Positions 1 through 9,059 of a stretch of DNA of 37,920 nt are shown here, in pieces (the stretch's first letter is position 1; every line of letters starts with the position of its first letter). The DNA is from an uncultured Bacillales bacterium (GTDB lineage Bacteria; Bacillota_I; Bacilli_A; RFN20; CAG-826), in contig CAMGZN010000002.1 in the NCBI GenBank assembly GCA_946183335.1, positions 1 to 37,920 of the forward strand, given 5' to 3'. The position numbers and the translations under genes are program-made. A model generated the notes under the pieces. It was not told the DNA's origin. It did no database searches and saw only the letters and a list, made by a program, of their open reading frames with translations.

Positions 1-1
1 A

Positions 2-151
2 TATATCGCTGAAAAAGAAGCACTTGATTTTGCTAGTTCTTTAACTACACCTGAAATAGATAATCCTTTATGGGGAATTCCATTTTTTGCAAAAGATAAT
101 ATCTCCACTAAGGATATACCTACTACATCAAGTAGTAACATTTTAAGAGCG
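2..151 (+). other. Amidase-signature (GatA-like) coding segment, cut by the window edge and in frame with the downstream ABC ORF
   Basis: Frame 2 is open from nt 2. Translation is YIAEKEALDFASSLTTPEIDNPLWGIPFFAKDNISTKDIPTTSSSNIL, which resembles the G-I-P-x-x-x-K-D-N ... T-T-x-x-S-x-x-L region near the N-terminus of amidase-signature enzymes. No stop codon before nt 155. Confidence 0.6.
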
Positions 152-154
152 ATT

Positions 155-2482
155 GTGAATTCCCCGAAACTAATTTTATGCGATGAACCAACTGGTGCAT
201 TAGATGAGAAAAATTCACATGAAATTATGAAAATTCTCCATCAAATTTCGGTTAATTCATTAGTTTTAGTTGTTTCGCATGACGAACAATTAGTTAAAAA
301 ATATGCAGATCAAATTATTTATATGAAGGACGGAAAAATAACGTCAAAAATTGTTAACAAAGTAGAAAAAGCCGAGCTCGCACCAATCGAAACTAGTGGC
401 CAAAAACTTAAACATGCTCAAGTCCCATTTTCTTTTAAAACTAGATATTCAATTGGAAAGATGAGATCGAAAAAGATTCGAACATTGATTTCTAACATCA
501 TGATGTCTTTGTCTCTGACTGGCATTGGTGCTTCGTTTCTACTTACAAGTTTGGTTTCCAAGCAGATTAATAAAGCCTTTAGTGACCTAACAAACGGCAA
601 TCAAATTGTGATGCGTTTAAAAAACGAATCGTTAAATCCATATGGAGATATTTTTAGCGCACCTGAAAAAGAAGTTTTGAAGATAGCTAATAAATATAAA
701 GAAGATATTAATGGTGTGGGAGTAAGTTATTTAGTTAATTTTGAGGATTTCTTTAAAGATCGTAATGAAGTTTTCTTTGTCGCTGATGGAAAACGATATT
801 TGTTAAATAACTACTCAGCTCGTAATTTTGATGAGTACAAATGGTACGATAAATCATTTCCAACCTTTCCTTATTCGGTTGATACAGATCTTGATGACGT
901 TGTTTTAGGTATGACATATGAAGAAATGTCAAACCTTTGTTATGAGTTTAAAATCCAGCGAAGTTTTAATGGTCTTGGACAATTTATTGCTAAAGCAACA
1001 TGCCAATTAAATCTTATTGTTGAGAATGATGATTGGGAATACGACGATGAGCAAATTTTTAATATAGTCGGAATCATTCAAACATCTAGTCCAATGCTGT
1101 ATCATTCCAACCATCTTTGGAACGAATATGTTTTTGAAGAACATATGCGTTTCCCAACCATTGAAGGCGGTGAACAATATGCAGTTTGGGAGATGACCAA
1201 AAACTACTATTTGGAGTCAAATTCTCCGATTGATGAGCTTCAAAACAAACTCCTTTTTGATAGTGATTATTTCAATTATGTTTTTCAAAAAACTAACCAT
1301 GAATTTAATAGTGTTTTGTGTCGTTCAACCGAGAATTGTGGTGAAAATCGACTTTATGTTTACTATTCAGATATCAACGCAATTCGTCGAAGGGACGTCT
1401 CATATTTGACTGAATTTTATCCTGGACTAAGCAACTATTATTTTACTTCTGAATATGGTTATTCGAGTTATGCATCAAACCTCTTAAATGGATTCTCGAA
1501 AAACTTCTTTGTCTCCTTAGAAAAAGAAAAACTCGATGATGCAATCGATGCCGATACTTCGCTTGGCAATCAAACCGATGTGACAATTGATCTCCCCTTT
1601 GGAATTAGCGGTGGTAATTATCTACAAAGCCTAGATGGATCAATTAAGTTTTCAACAATGTTAAGTAATTTAGTGTCTGGGAGAGGACCAAACAATAATT
1701 CGGAAATAGTTATTTCAAGTGGATTAGCTAAAAAACTTTCTAAAGAAAATGTGCTTGGTCAAAGGCTTTATTTTGCTGCAGTAAAAAGCGAATCGATTAA
1801 TATTAACAACCAAATCGAGAAGAAATACGGTTTGGGAAGCGCCGTAATCGTTGGACTTGTTAATGAAGAACAGGAATATCTTTACCATTCAAATCTTTGG
1901 ACGATTTCTTTCTTCCGAGACAAACTAGAGATTAACCCGTTCTCATTAATTCCAAACGGAGTTGTTTTCGAATTAGAAGGTAATGACGACACCAATAAAT
2001 TAATTAAGAACATTCAAACAATGTTTCCATCATACGATGTAAGTAGTCCTCAATCATCAATTCTTGATTCTGTCGGGAATGTTTTAGACTATGCGGAAAT
2101 CATTTTGTTAGTCTTTTCAATCATTTCACTAGTCATCTCATTTTTATTTCTCGGAACAATGGTTTTGCTTTCTATCAATGAGAATAAAGAGGAGATAAAA
2201 ATGTTTAATTACCTTGGAATTGGTCACGGACAAGTTCGATCAATGTTTCGAAATCAAACGCTGATTCGATGTTTAATTGCCTTTTTGATTTCTTCGATCG
2301 AACTTGTAGTTATCGAAAATGTATTAACCATAGCGTTAAACAAAAGTTTACATGTTTCAAACTTTACATTTTCGATTACTTTATGGCCACTTATAGTGGT
2401 TCTAATTTGTGCGACAATTCTTCCAATCTTGATTACACAGGCGATATTGCTTGTCGTTTCTAAAAGAAAAAAGATTGAATAG
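155..2482 (+). CDS. MacB/FtsX-type ABC transporter protein: only the Walker-B-onward tail of the ATPase domain, fused to a permease with a large extracytoplasmic domain
   Basis: RAIVNSPKLILCDEPTGALD (Walker B) and VVSHD (H-loop) lie at the N-terminus. TM1 is IRTLISNIMMSLSLTGIGASFLL, followed by roughly 500 aa that are non-hydrophobic, then three C-terminal TM helices typical of the FtsX domain. No Walker A, Q-loop or LSGGQ is visible. The frame stays open upstream to nt 2. An internal ATG at 461 (MRSKKIRTL) could give a permease-only product. Confidence 0.75.
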   Translation: MNSPKLILCDEPTGALDEKNSHEIMKILHQISVNSLVLVVSHDEQLVKKYADQIIYMKDGKITSKIVNKVEKAELAPIETSGQKLKHAQVPFSFKTRYSIGKMRSKKIRTLISNIMMSLSLTGIGASFLLTSLVSKQINKAFSDLTNGNQIVMRLKNESLNPYGDIFSAPEKEVLKIANKYKEDINGVGVSYLVNFEDFFKDRNEVFFVADGKRYLLNNYSARNFDEYKWYDKSFPTFPYSVDTDLDDVVLGMTYEEMSNLCYEFKIQRSFNGLGQFIAKATCQLNLIVENDDWEYDDEQIFNIVGIIQTSSPMLYHSNHLWNEYVFEEHMRFPTIEGGEQYAVWEMTKNYYLESNSPIDELQNKLLFDSDYFNYVFQKTNHEFNSVLCRSTENCGENRLYVYYSDINAIRRRDVSYLTEFYPGLSNYYFTSEYGYSSYASNLLNGFSKNFFVSLEKEKLDDAIDADTSLGNQTDVTIDLPFGISGGNYLQSLDGSIKFSTMLSNLVSGRGPNNNSEIVISSGLAKKLSKENVLGQRLYFAAVKSESININNQIEKKYGLGSAVIVGLVNEEQEYLYHSNLWTISFFRDKLEINPFSLIPNGVVFELEGNDDTNKLIKNIQTMFPSYDVSSPQSSILDSVGNVLDYAEIILLVFSIISLVISFLFLGTMVLLSINENKEEIKMFNYLGIGHGQVRSMFRNQTLIRCLIAFLISSIELVVIENVLTIALNKSLHVSNFTFSITLWPLIVVLICATILPILITQAILLVVSKRKKIE

Positions 2483-2509
2483 TAAAAGTAATTAAGTTAT
2501 TGTTATGTT

Positions 2510-4045
2510 ATGAAGAAAAGATGGTTATTGCTTCTACCGTTAGTCGCTGTAACACTCTCTGGGTGTTCTTTTCTTAAGCGATTAATTTTCGGAGACGATA
2601 CCACTTCTGAACCAATTCATTACGTTTATCCAGATCCAGTTATTCAAGCTGATATTCCAGGACGTTCGATTTATAAATCGTTCTCTTATAATTTGAAAGA
2701 TGTTTTAGAGACAACTGGTCAAAAAGTTCTTCCATCAACTGGAACACAACATCTATTGGTTGTCCCAGTTCAATTCCGTGGATCGACTTTAACTTGGACA
2801 GCATCAGATCGAACCGATATTGAAAAGTGTTTCTTTGGAGACTCAAGTATTGAAGGAGAAGTCGGTTGGGAATCAGTTAGCTCGTACTATAAGAAATCTT
2901 CCTATGGAAAGTTTATTTTGGAAGGTCAATTAACTGACACATTCATATCAAGCTATACAAAGGCTCAATTAAATGCCGAATCTCATCCGGACCGCAAGAT
3001 TGTTGACGAATTTGAAAAGAGTTCCGTCTATAACACTTTAAGAAAACAATACGACACTAATGCGGATGGATTTATTGATTCAATCGCCTTCATTTATCGT
3101 GAGAAAATTCAAGTTACAAATGATGACATGAGATGGTGGGCATTTGTTTATACAAATGATAGTACTGCGAACGTTGATAAACCTGTCGTTAATCAATACA
3201 TGTGGGCTTCCTATTATTTCTCTCAAAAAGCGAACTCCGGGAATCCTCATGGAGGAGCTTATAACCGAGATGCTCATACATACATTCACGAGTTTGGTCA
3301 TTTACTTGGATTAGACGATTACTATTCCTATTATGACAACAACTCTTATGACCCAAGCGGTGGTCAAGAAATGCACTCCCAAAACATTGGTGATGAGAAC
3401 ATTTATTCCAAACTCGCGTTAGGTTGGATTGAGCCATATTATATTAAGACTGATAGTTCAATTACTACGACACTTTATGCCTCATCTTATAGCGGACAAT
3501 CGAACGCGATTATCATTAATGATAATTGGAACGAAACTCCAATGGATGAATACCTCATTTTAGAGTACTATTCTCCAACCGTTTTAAATGAAAAAGATAG
3601 TCAACAGGATTACGCTCAAAACGCCAGAATGTTTGATGCTTCTGGTTTCAGAATGTACCACGTTGATTCTCGTCTTGTAGCTTATACTAAAACTGCAAAT
3701 CCTGCCTTTGAAAAACGTCTTGATACAATCGATCCAAATTATTACAACTTCATTGGAGCCTCTAATACTCCAAATTATCCATATTCTCGTTTAACTGACC
3801 CTTATGAAATTAACAATTTTAAATTGTTACACTTTATCCAATCTGGTGGAATAAACACTTTCAAACATGGTGATAAAGCTTCAACCGCTGACCTCTTTAT
3901 GGAGGGTGCAACATTTGAAGCAAGTTCAGCGTTCTTCACTTATGGAACAAAGTTCAACGCTGGAAACGAAGTTGGTTATCGTATTTCCTTTGGAAAATGT
4001 GATGCGGAAAACATGTGTGGAACTGTCACAATAACAAAGATTTAG
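2510..4045 (+). CDS. Lipoprotein, M6 (immune inhibitor A-like) zinc metalloprotease family
   Basis: Signal peptide with lipobox LSGC. Zinc motif HEFGHLLGLDDYY matches the HExxHxxGLPD-Y pattern of M6 peptidases. Confidence 0.75.
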   Translation: MKKRWLLLLPLVAVTLSGCSFLKRLIFGDDTTSEPIHYVYPDPVIQADIPGRSIYKSFSYNLKDVLETTGQKVLPSTGTQHLLVVPVQFRGSTLTWTASDRTDIEKCFFGDSSIEGEVGWESVSSYYKKSSYGKFILEGQLTDTFISSYTKAQLNAESHPDRKIVDEFEKSSVYNTLRKQYDTNADGFIDSIAFIYREKIQVTNDDMRWWAFVYTNDSTANVDKPVVNQYMWASYYFSQKANSGNPHGGAYNRDAHTYIHEFGHLLGLDDYYSYYDNNSYDPSGGQEMHSQNIGDENIYSKLALGWIEPYYIKTDSSITTTLYASSYSGQSNAIIINDNWNETPMDEYLILEYYSPTVLNEKDSQQDYAQNARMFDASGFRMYHVDSRLVAYTKTANPAFEKRLDTIDPNYYNFIGASNTPNYPYSRLTDPYEINNFKLLHFIQSGGINTFKHGDKASTADLFMEGATFEASSAFFTYGTKFNAGNEVGYRISFGKCDAENMCGTVTITKI

Positions 4046-4064
4046 ATAAAAAAGGAGACTGGCT

Positions 4065-4268
4065 ATGAAAGGAAAAGTCATGCGATTCAACGCCAAAAGA
4101 GGATTTGGCTTCATTCGTCTTGATGACTCTAACGAAGACATCTTCTTCTACTATAGCGCCATCGAAATGGAAGGCTTCAAAACCGTGAAGGTGAACCAAG
4201 AAGTTGAAGTAGAAGTTGAGAAGTCTGAAAAAGGTTTAAGAGCCACAAAAGTTATTCCTCTTAAATAA
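4065..4268 (+). CDS. csp: Cold-shock domain protein (CspA family)
   Basis: 67 aa. KGKVMRFNAKRGFGFI (RNP1-like) and IFFYYSAI (RNP2-like). SD AAGGAG lies upstream. Confidence 0.85.
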   Translation: MKGKVMRFNAKRGFGFIRLDDSNEDIFFYYSAIEMEGFKTVKVNQEVEVEVEKSEKGLRATKVIPLK

Positions 4269-4319
4269 GTCTCTTTTCTAAAAGAAAAGGAAGGAACAAA
4301 ATCCTTTCATTGTCCTTCC

Positions 4320-4349
4320 AAAAAAAGCCTATTTTTAGGCTTTTTATTT
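4320..4349 (+). terminator. Rho-independent terminator after csp
   Basis: AAAAAGCCTA-tttt-TAGGCTTTTT stem-loop followed by ATTT. Confidence 0.8.
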
Positions 4350-4398
4350 ACTTATTTAAACGTCTTATATAAAATATAATCCGGAAATCAGGTAGATT

Positions 4399-5505
4399 AT
4401 GTCACTTAAAGCAGGTATTGTCGGACTCCCAAATGTTGGAAAATCAACACTTTTTAATGCGATTACAAATTCACATGTTGAAGCCGCGAACTATCCATTC
4501 GCGACGATTAATCCAAATACTGGGGTCGTCAACGTTCCAGATGAACGCTTAACATTCTTAACAAATTTATTTCAACCAAAACGAAGTATTCCAGCAACGT
4601 TTGAATTCTATGATATTGCGGGACTAGTTCGTGGAGCATCAAAAGGCGAAGGGCTTGGAAACCAATTCCTCGGTCACATTCGAGAATGTGACGCCATTGT
4701 GGAAGTTGTCCGCTGTTTTGATTCGAATGAAATTATTCACGTGGAGGAAAGCGTTGATCCAAAACGTGATATTGAGACAATTAACCTTGAACTAGCGATG
4801 GCTGATTTAGCCACGGTTCAAAAACGTTTAGCGGCAGTGGAGACGAAAGCAAGAATCTCGAAAGACAAAGAACTCGTTCATGAAGTTGATGTCTTAAAGA
4901 AGATTCTTCCATTCTTGGAGAATGGTGAACCAGCACGTAAAACTCCATTAAGTGACGATGACCGCTTATTCGCGACGAAACAATACCAGTTATTAACTTT
5001 AAAACCAATTATTTACGTCGCGAATGTTTCGGATAGCGACTATGCAGACATTGAATCCTGCAAGTACTATCACGTTGTGAAAGAAATCGCGGAAAGTGAG
5101 CACGCCCAAGTTATTCCAATTTCTTGTGAAATTGAATACGAACTCTCCTCTCTTCCAAAGGAAGAAAGAATGGAGTTCTTACAAACATTGGGCGCGTCTG
5201 AATCTGGTTTAGACAAGGTGACAAAAGCCGTTTATAAGTTGTTAAACTTATCAACGTTCTTTACCTGTGGCGCGGACGAATGTCGTGCCTGGACATTTAC
5301 AAACGGCATGCTTGCTCCTCAATGTGCGGGAATTATTCACTCGGACTTTGAGAAAGGTTTTATTAAAGCTGAGATTTATTCTTTTGAAGATCTTGTCACT
5401 TATAAGTCAGAGCTCGCACTTAAAGAAGCAGGTAAATTAAGAATGGAAGGAAAAACATATGTCATGCAAGATGGCGACTGTGTTTTCTTCCGATTCAATG
5501 TGTAA
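4399..5505 (+). CDS. ychF: Ribosome-binding ATPase YchF
   Basis: GIVGLPNVGKSTLFNAIT P-loop, 368 aa, and a C-terminal TGS-like end typical of YchF/EngD. Confidence 0.9.
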   Translation: MSLKAGIVGLPNVGKSTLFNAITNSHVEAANYPFATINPNTGVVNVPDERLTFLTNLFQPKRSIPATFEFYDIAGLVRGASKGEGLGNQFLGHIRECDAIVEVVRCFDSNEIIHVEESVDPKRDIETINLELAMADLATVQKRLAAVETKARISKDKELVHEVDVLKKILPFLENGEPARKTPLSDDDRLFATKQYQLLTLKPIIYVANVSDSDYADIESCKYYHVVKEIAESEHAQVIPISCEIEYELSSLPKEERMEFLQTLGASESGLDKVTKAVYKLLNLSTFFTCGADECRAWTFTNGMLAPQCAGIIHSDFEKGFIKAEIYSFEDLVTYKSELALKEAGKLRMEGKTYVMQDGDCVFFRFNV

Positions 5506-5517
5506 GGAGGATAAGCA

Positions 5518-5991
5518 ATGTATCGAATTGGTTTTAGTGAAGATATCCATCCAGTGAAGAAGGGAAGAAAACTCTTTTTAGGTGGTGTGGAAATTCCTGG
5601 TGCCGATGGACTTGATGGCCATAGCGATGCAGACGTGATTCTCCACGCTGTGTGCGAATCAATCCTTGGTGCTTTAGCACTCGGTGATCTTGGAAAACAT
5701 TTCCCAGATACCGATCCTAAATACAAAGACATTTCTAGTGTTGTTCTATTAGAACACGTCTATTCTTTAATGAAAAAGGAAGGGGCAAAAATTGGTAACA
5801 TCGACATTCAAGTTGCCTGTGCTAAACCAAAACTTGCACCTTATCTACCAAAGATGAGAAAACTTATTTCTCAAAAACTTCATACTCGTTTAAATAACGT
5901 GTCCATCAAAGCAATGAGCTTCAACAAAGTTGGCCCAATTGGCGAAGGAAAAGCCATCAAGGCCCAAGCCATTGTTTTGTTAGATAAATAA
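5518..5991 (+). CDS. ispF: 2-C-methyl-D-erythritol 2,4-cyclodiphosphate synthase
   Basis: RIGFSEDIH ... GHSDADVILHAV ... LGDLGKHFPDTDPKYK motifs, 157 aa, SD AAGGAGG. Confidence 0.9.
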   Translation: MYRIGFSEDIHPVKKGRKLFLGGVEIPGADGLDGHSDADVILHAVCESILGALALGDLGKHFPDTDPKYKDISSVVLLEHVYSLMKKEGAKIGNIDIQVACAKPKLAPYLPKMRKLISQKLHTRLNNVSIKAMSFNKVGPIGEGKAIKAQAIVLLDK

Positions 5992-5998
5992 TTTATTC

Positions 5999-6027
5999 TT
6001 GTGTATTTAAAATACAACAAGTATAAT
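5999..6027 (+). promoter_or_regulatory. Candidate sigma-70 promoter for argS (TTGTGT-17-TATAAT)
   Basis: -35 TTGTGT at 5999-6004, 17-nt spacer, perfect -10 TATAAT at 6022-6027. It sits only about 13 nt upstream of the argS ATG and is embedded in the imperfect palindrome CTTGTGTATTT/AAATACAACAAG. Confidence 0.5.
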
Positions 6028-6040
6028 AACGCCTTAAAAA

Positions 6041-7669
6041 ATGATGAATATTGAACAAAACTTAAAACAAAAAATCGTCTCTGCAGCTAGTGAACTAGGT
6101 GTTGTTTTAACACCGGAAGAAGTGATCATTGAGAAATCAAAAGCAGTTGAACATGGAGATTATGCAACTAATGTTGCATTGAAGAATGCCAACAAGGTCG
6201 GTATGAATCCACGTCAATTTGCGGAGAAGATGATCGAAGCGCTTGATAAAGAAGGAATCGACAAAATCGAAATTGCCGGTCCTGGCTTTATTAATTTCTT
6301 TATGAAATCTGATGCGATTAACGCTGTTGTAAAGAAAATTATTGCTGAAGGGGATAACTATGGTCGTGGAGAAAAGAAGAATTTCAAGATTAACGTGGAG
6401 TTCGTTTCTGCTAACCCAACTGGTGATCTCCATTTAGGACACGCTCGATGTGCCGCAGTGGGTGATTCGATTTGCCGAATCTATGAATTTGCTGGTTATG
6501 ATGTAACTCGTGAATTCTATGTCAACAATGCTGGTAACCAAATTGCGACCTTAGGCAAATCTTTAGACATCCGTTTGCGTCAATTCAAAGGTGAGAAAGT
6601 GGAGATGCCAGAAGACTCCTATCACGCTCACGATATTATTGATATCGCTAAGCAATTTGATAAGGATTTTGCTGGAAAATATGACACTTCTGCTGGTGAT
6701 TATTTACAAAACCTCACTCAATACGGAATGAAAAAAGAGCTCGAGAAAATCGAGAATGATTTAGCTTTGTTTAGAACCAAATTTGATATTTATTCTTTTG
6801 AAACTGATGTCCGCAAAGATAACAATGTCCAAAAGGTTTTAGAATCTAAATTTGCGAAATATTCATATCAACAAGATGGCGCAACGTTCTTAAGAACTAC
6901 TGACTTCCTTGATGACAAAGATCGCGCGGTGGTGAAATCAGATGGTAGCTACACCTATTTCATGCCAGATATTTGTTATCACTTAATCAAACTCTCCCGT
7001 GGTTATGATTTACTTGTTGATGTCCTTGGAGCTGACCATTACGGTTATATTAACCGTATGAAGTCTGCATTAATGATGCAAGGCTACTCGAAGGAAACAT
7101 TAGAAGTCGAACTTGTCCAAATTGTTCGTTTAATTAAAGATGGTCAAGAAGTGAAGATGTCTAAGCGTACTGGCGCAGGTATTTCTTTGCGCGAGCTATG
7201 TGAAGACGTCGGAGTTGATGCTGCACGTTACTTCTTTGTGTCTCGTGCTGCTTCTTCTCATCTCGACTTTGACCTCAATTTAGCTCTCGAACAATCTTCA
7301 TCAAACCCTGTCTATTATGCGCAATACGCTCATGCTCGTTTAAGCAAAGTGCTTGAACTCGCGAAAGACATTGAAGTTGATGAAAGCGCCGCAAAACTTG
7401 GACAAAAACAAGAAATGGACCTTTTGAAAACTTTAATTGAGTTTCCAAAAACCATTGAAAATGCCGCCAAAAATCGGGGCCCTCATATAATAACAACGTA
7501 CATTCAGGATTTAGCCAGCAAAATCCATGCATTCTATACTGAATGTCGTGTTATAGATCGTGAACACTTAGATGTTACAGCGTCACGTTTAGCACTTGCA
7601 AAAGCAAGTCGCATTGTGATGAAAAATGCTTTGAATGTCATCGGAGTTAGCGCTCCTGATGTAATGTAG
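6041..7669 (+). CDS. argS: Arginine--tRNA ligase
   Basis: SANPTGDLHLGHARCAAVGD (HIGH region), KMSKRTG (KMSKS), and a C-terminal anticodon-binding domain. The start could be 6041 or 6044 (tandem ATG). Confidence 0.92.
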   Translation: MMNIEQNLKQKIVSAASELGVVLTPEEVIIEKSKAVEHGDYATNVALKNANKVGMNPRQFAEKMIEALDKEGIDKIEIAGPGFINFFMKSDAINAVVKKIIAEGDNYGRGEKKNFKINVEFVSANPTGDLHLGHARCAAVGDSICRIYEFAGYDVTREFYVNNAGNQIATLGKSLDIRLRQFKGEKVEMPEDSYHAHDIIDIAKQFDKDFAGKYDTSAGDYLQNLTQYGMKKELEKIENDLALFRTKFDIYSFETDVRKDNNVQKVLESKFAKYSYQQDGATFLRTTDFLDDKDRAVVKSDGSYTYFMPDICYHLIKLSRGYDLLVDVLGADHYGYINRMKSALMMQGYSKETLEVELVQIVRLIKDGQEVKMSKRTGAGISLRELCEDVGVDAARYFFVSRAASSHLDFDLNLALEQSSSNPVYYAQYAHARLSKVLELAKDIEVDESAAKLGQKQEMDLLKTLIEFPKTIENAAKNRGPHIITTYIQDLASKIHAFYTECRVIDREHLDVTASRLALAKASRIVMKNALNVIGVSAPDVM

Positions 7670-7688
7670 TTAGAAAGAAGGATTTTTT

Positions 7689-8099
7689 ATGTCAAACAAA
7701 TCACTTATTGATTACGCTTACGAAGTTCTTGAAACTTCCAAAGAACCAGTTGGTTTTAAATCCCTTTTTGATAAAGCCTTAGCTTTATCTGGATTAGAAC
7801 TTTCTGAAAGTGAAATTCGCCACAAAATGAGTAATTTATATACTCAACTTTCTTTAGATGGCCGTTTCATCATTCTTACCGACAATAATTGGGATTTAAG
7901 ATCCCGTCATGTCTATGCTCAAGCACACATTGATATCGATGATGCTTATAGCGATGATGAAGGCGAAGAATACGACGCCGAAGAAGCCGAGCTTCTCCGT
8001 GAAGAACTTGGCGAAGAAGATGAAAAAGAAGAACCAGAATCTGATGATTTAGATTTTGATCATGTTAAGAGCGGCTCCGATGCCGAGGAAGGCTTTTAA
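7689..8099 (+). CDS. rpoE: DNA-directed RNA polymerase delta subunit
   Basis: N-terminal HARE-HTH-like domain (LIDYAYEVLE...GFKSLFDK...LYTQLSLDGRF) followed by a strongly acidic D/E tail. This architecture is specific to Gram-positive and Mollicutes delta subunits. Confidence 0.85.
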   Translation: MSNKSLIDYAYEVLETSKEPVGFKSLFDKALALSGLELSESEIRHKMSNLYTQLSLDGRFIILTDNNWDLRSRHVYAQAHIDIDDAYSDDEGEEYDAEEAELLREELGEEDEKEEPESDDLDFDHVKSGSDAEEGF

Positions 8100-9058
8100 T
8101 GGGTCGCCCATATTCCAAGATCCTCAAATTAATTAAGCAATTCGACGTGATTACCATCTATGGTCACGTCAATCCAGATTGCGATTCTTTTGGTAGTGAA
8201 CTTGCCCTGCGTGAACTGCTTAGACTCAACTTCCCAAAGAAGAAAGTCTACGCCCTCGGATATGGACTCGAACATTTATACAAACGTTTAACAACGTATG
8301 ATGAAGTCGATGATAAAACAATTGAACAAAGTTTAGCAATTATCTGCGACTGTTCAGAAATCTCTCGCATTCCTGATCAACGCATTACAACCGCGAAACA
8401 AATTGTGAAAATTGATCACCATATTGAATCCTTACCATTTATTGGTGAGAAATGGGTTGACACTGGTTCAATTGCCTGCTGTCAAATGATTGCCCAAATG
8501 GCGTTTGAACAAAAATGGAAAATGAATACTCTTATCGCGGAACTCCTCTATCTAGGAATCTGCACTGACTCTGGTCGTTTCCGCTATGCGCCAACAAATG
8601 ATAAGACTCATGAAATTGTCGCAAAACTCTATCGTTTAGGTATTAATCCAAAAACAATTTTTGATATTCTTTATCTCTCAGATGAAGCTTATGTCAAATA
8701 TCAAGCTTTGCTTGTTTCCAAATTTAAACGTACTGAACACAATGTCATTTATTGTTTCGCCGACGTGAATGATTACAAGCAATTCGGTCTTGAATTTGAT
8801 CAAATTAGTAAGAACGTGAACGTCATCGGAAATATTAAAGGATGTCCAATCTGGTGTTTGTTCACCAGAAAAGAAGACGGAACAATTCGCATTGAATTCC
8901 GAAGTAATGGACCAGACATCCAAAAGATTGCTGCGAAGTACGGTGGCGGTGGACACCGCTGCGCTGCTGGTGCTCGACTTGAGAACCAGAAAGACTTCAA
9001 GCTCTCGATGCAAATTGTTAACGACCTTGATGAGGTCGCTAAAGAAGCGAGCAAATAA
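8099..9058 (+). CDS. nrnA: DHH/DHHA1 phosphoesterase, NrnA-type nanoRNase / pAp phosphatase
   Basis: GHVNPDCDSFGS, KIDHH and GGGGH motifs. The start overlaps the rpoE stop (TAATG). Confidence 0.8.
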   Translation: MGRPYSKILKLIKQFDVITIYGHVNPDCDSFGSELALRELLRLNFPKKKVYALGYGLEHLYKRLTTYDEVDDKTIEQSLAIICDCSEISRIPDQRITTAKQIVKIDHHIESLPFIGEKWVDTGSIACCQMIAQMAFEQKWKMNTLIAELLYLGICTDSGRFRYAPTNDKTHEIVAKLYRLGINPKTIFDILYLSDEAYVKYQALLVSKFKRTEHNVIYCFADVNDYKQFGLEFDQISKNVNVIGNIKGCPIWCLFTRKEDGTIRIEFRSNGPDIQKIAAKYGGGGHRCAAGARLENQKDFKLSMQIVNDLDEVAKEASK

Positions 9059-9059
9059 A

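Noticed and set aside
5992-6040. T-box leader upstream of argS.
   Set aside because: Only 49 nt are available, and there is no specifier hairpin or T-box sequence.
8892-9059. N-terminal extension of the IMPase-family ORF (track start 8892). Analogous upstream track starts are 17103 for the HAD gene, 20687 for mgtE, 20706 for pduL, 21480 for metK, 27248 for glmM and 29664 for the surface protein.
   Set aside because: The extensions overlap the preceding gene or a regulatory RNA and lack an SD. In each case a downstream ATG with a good SD gives the canonical N-terminus.
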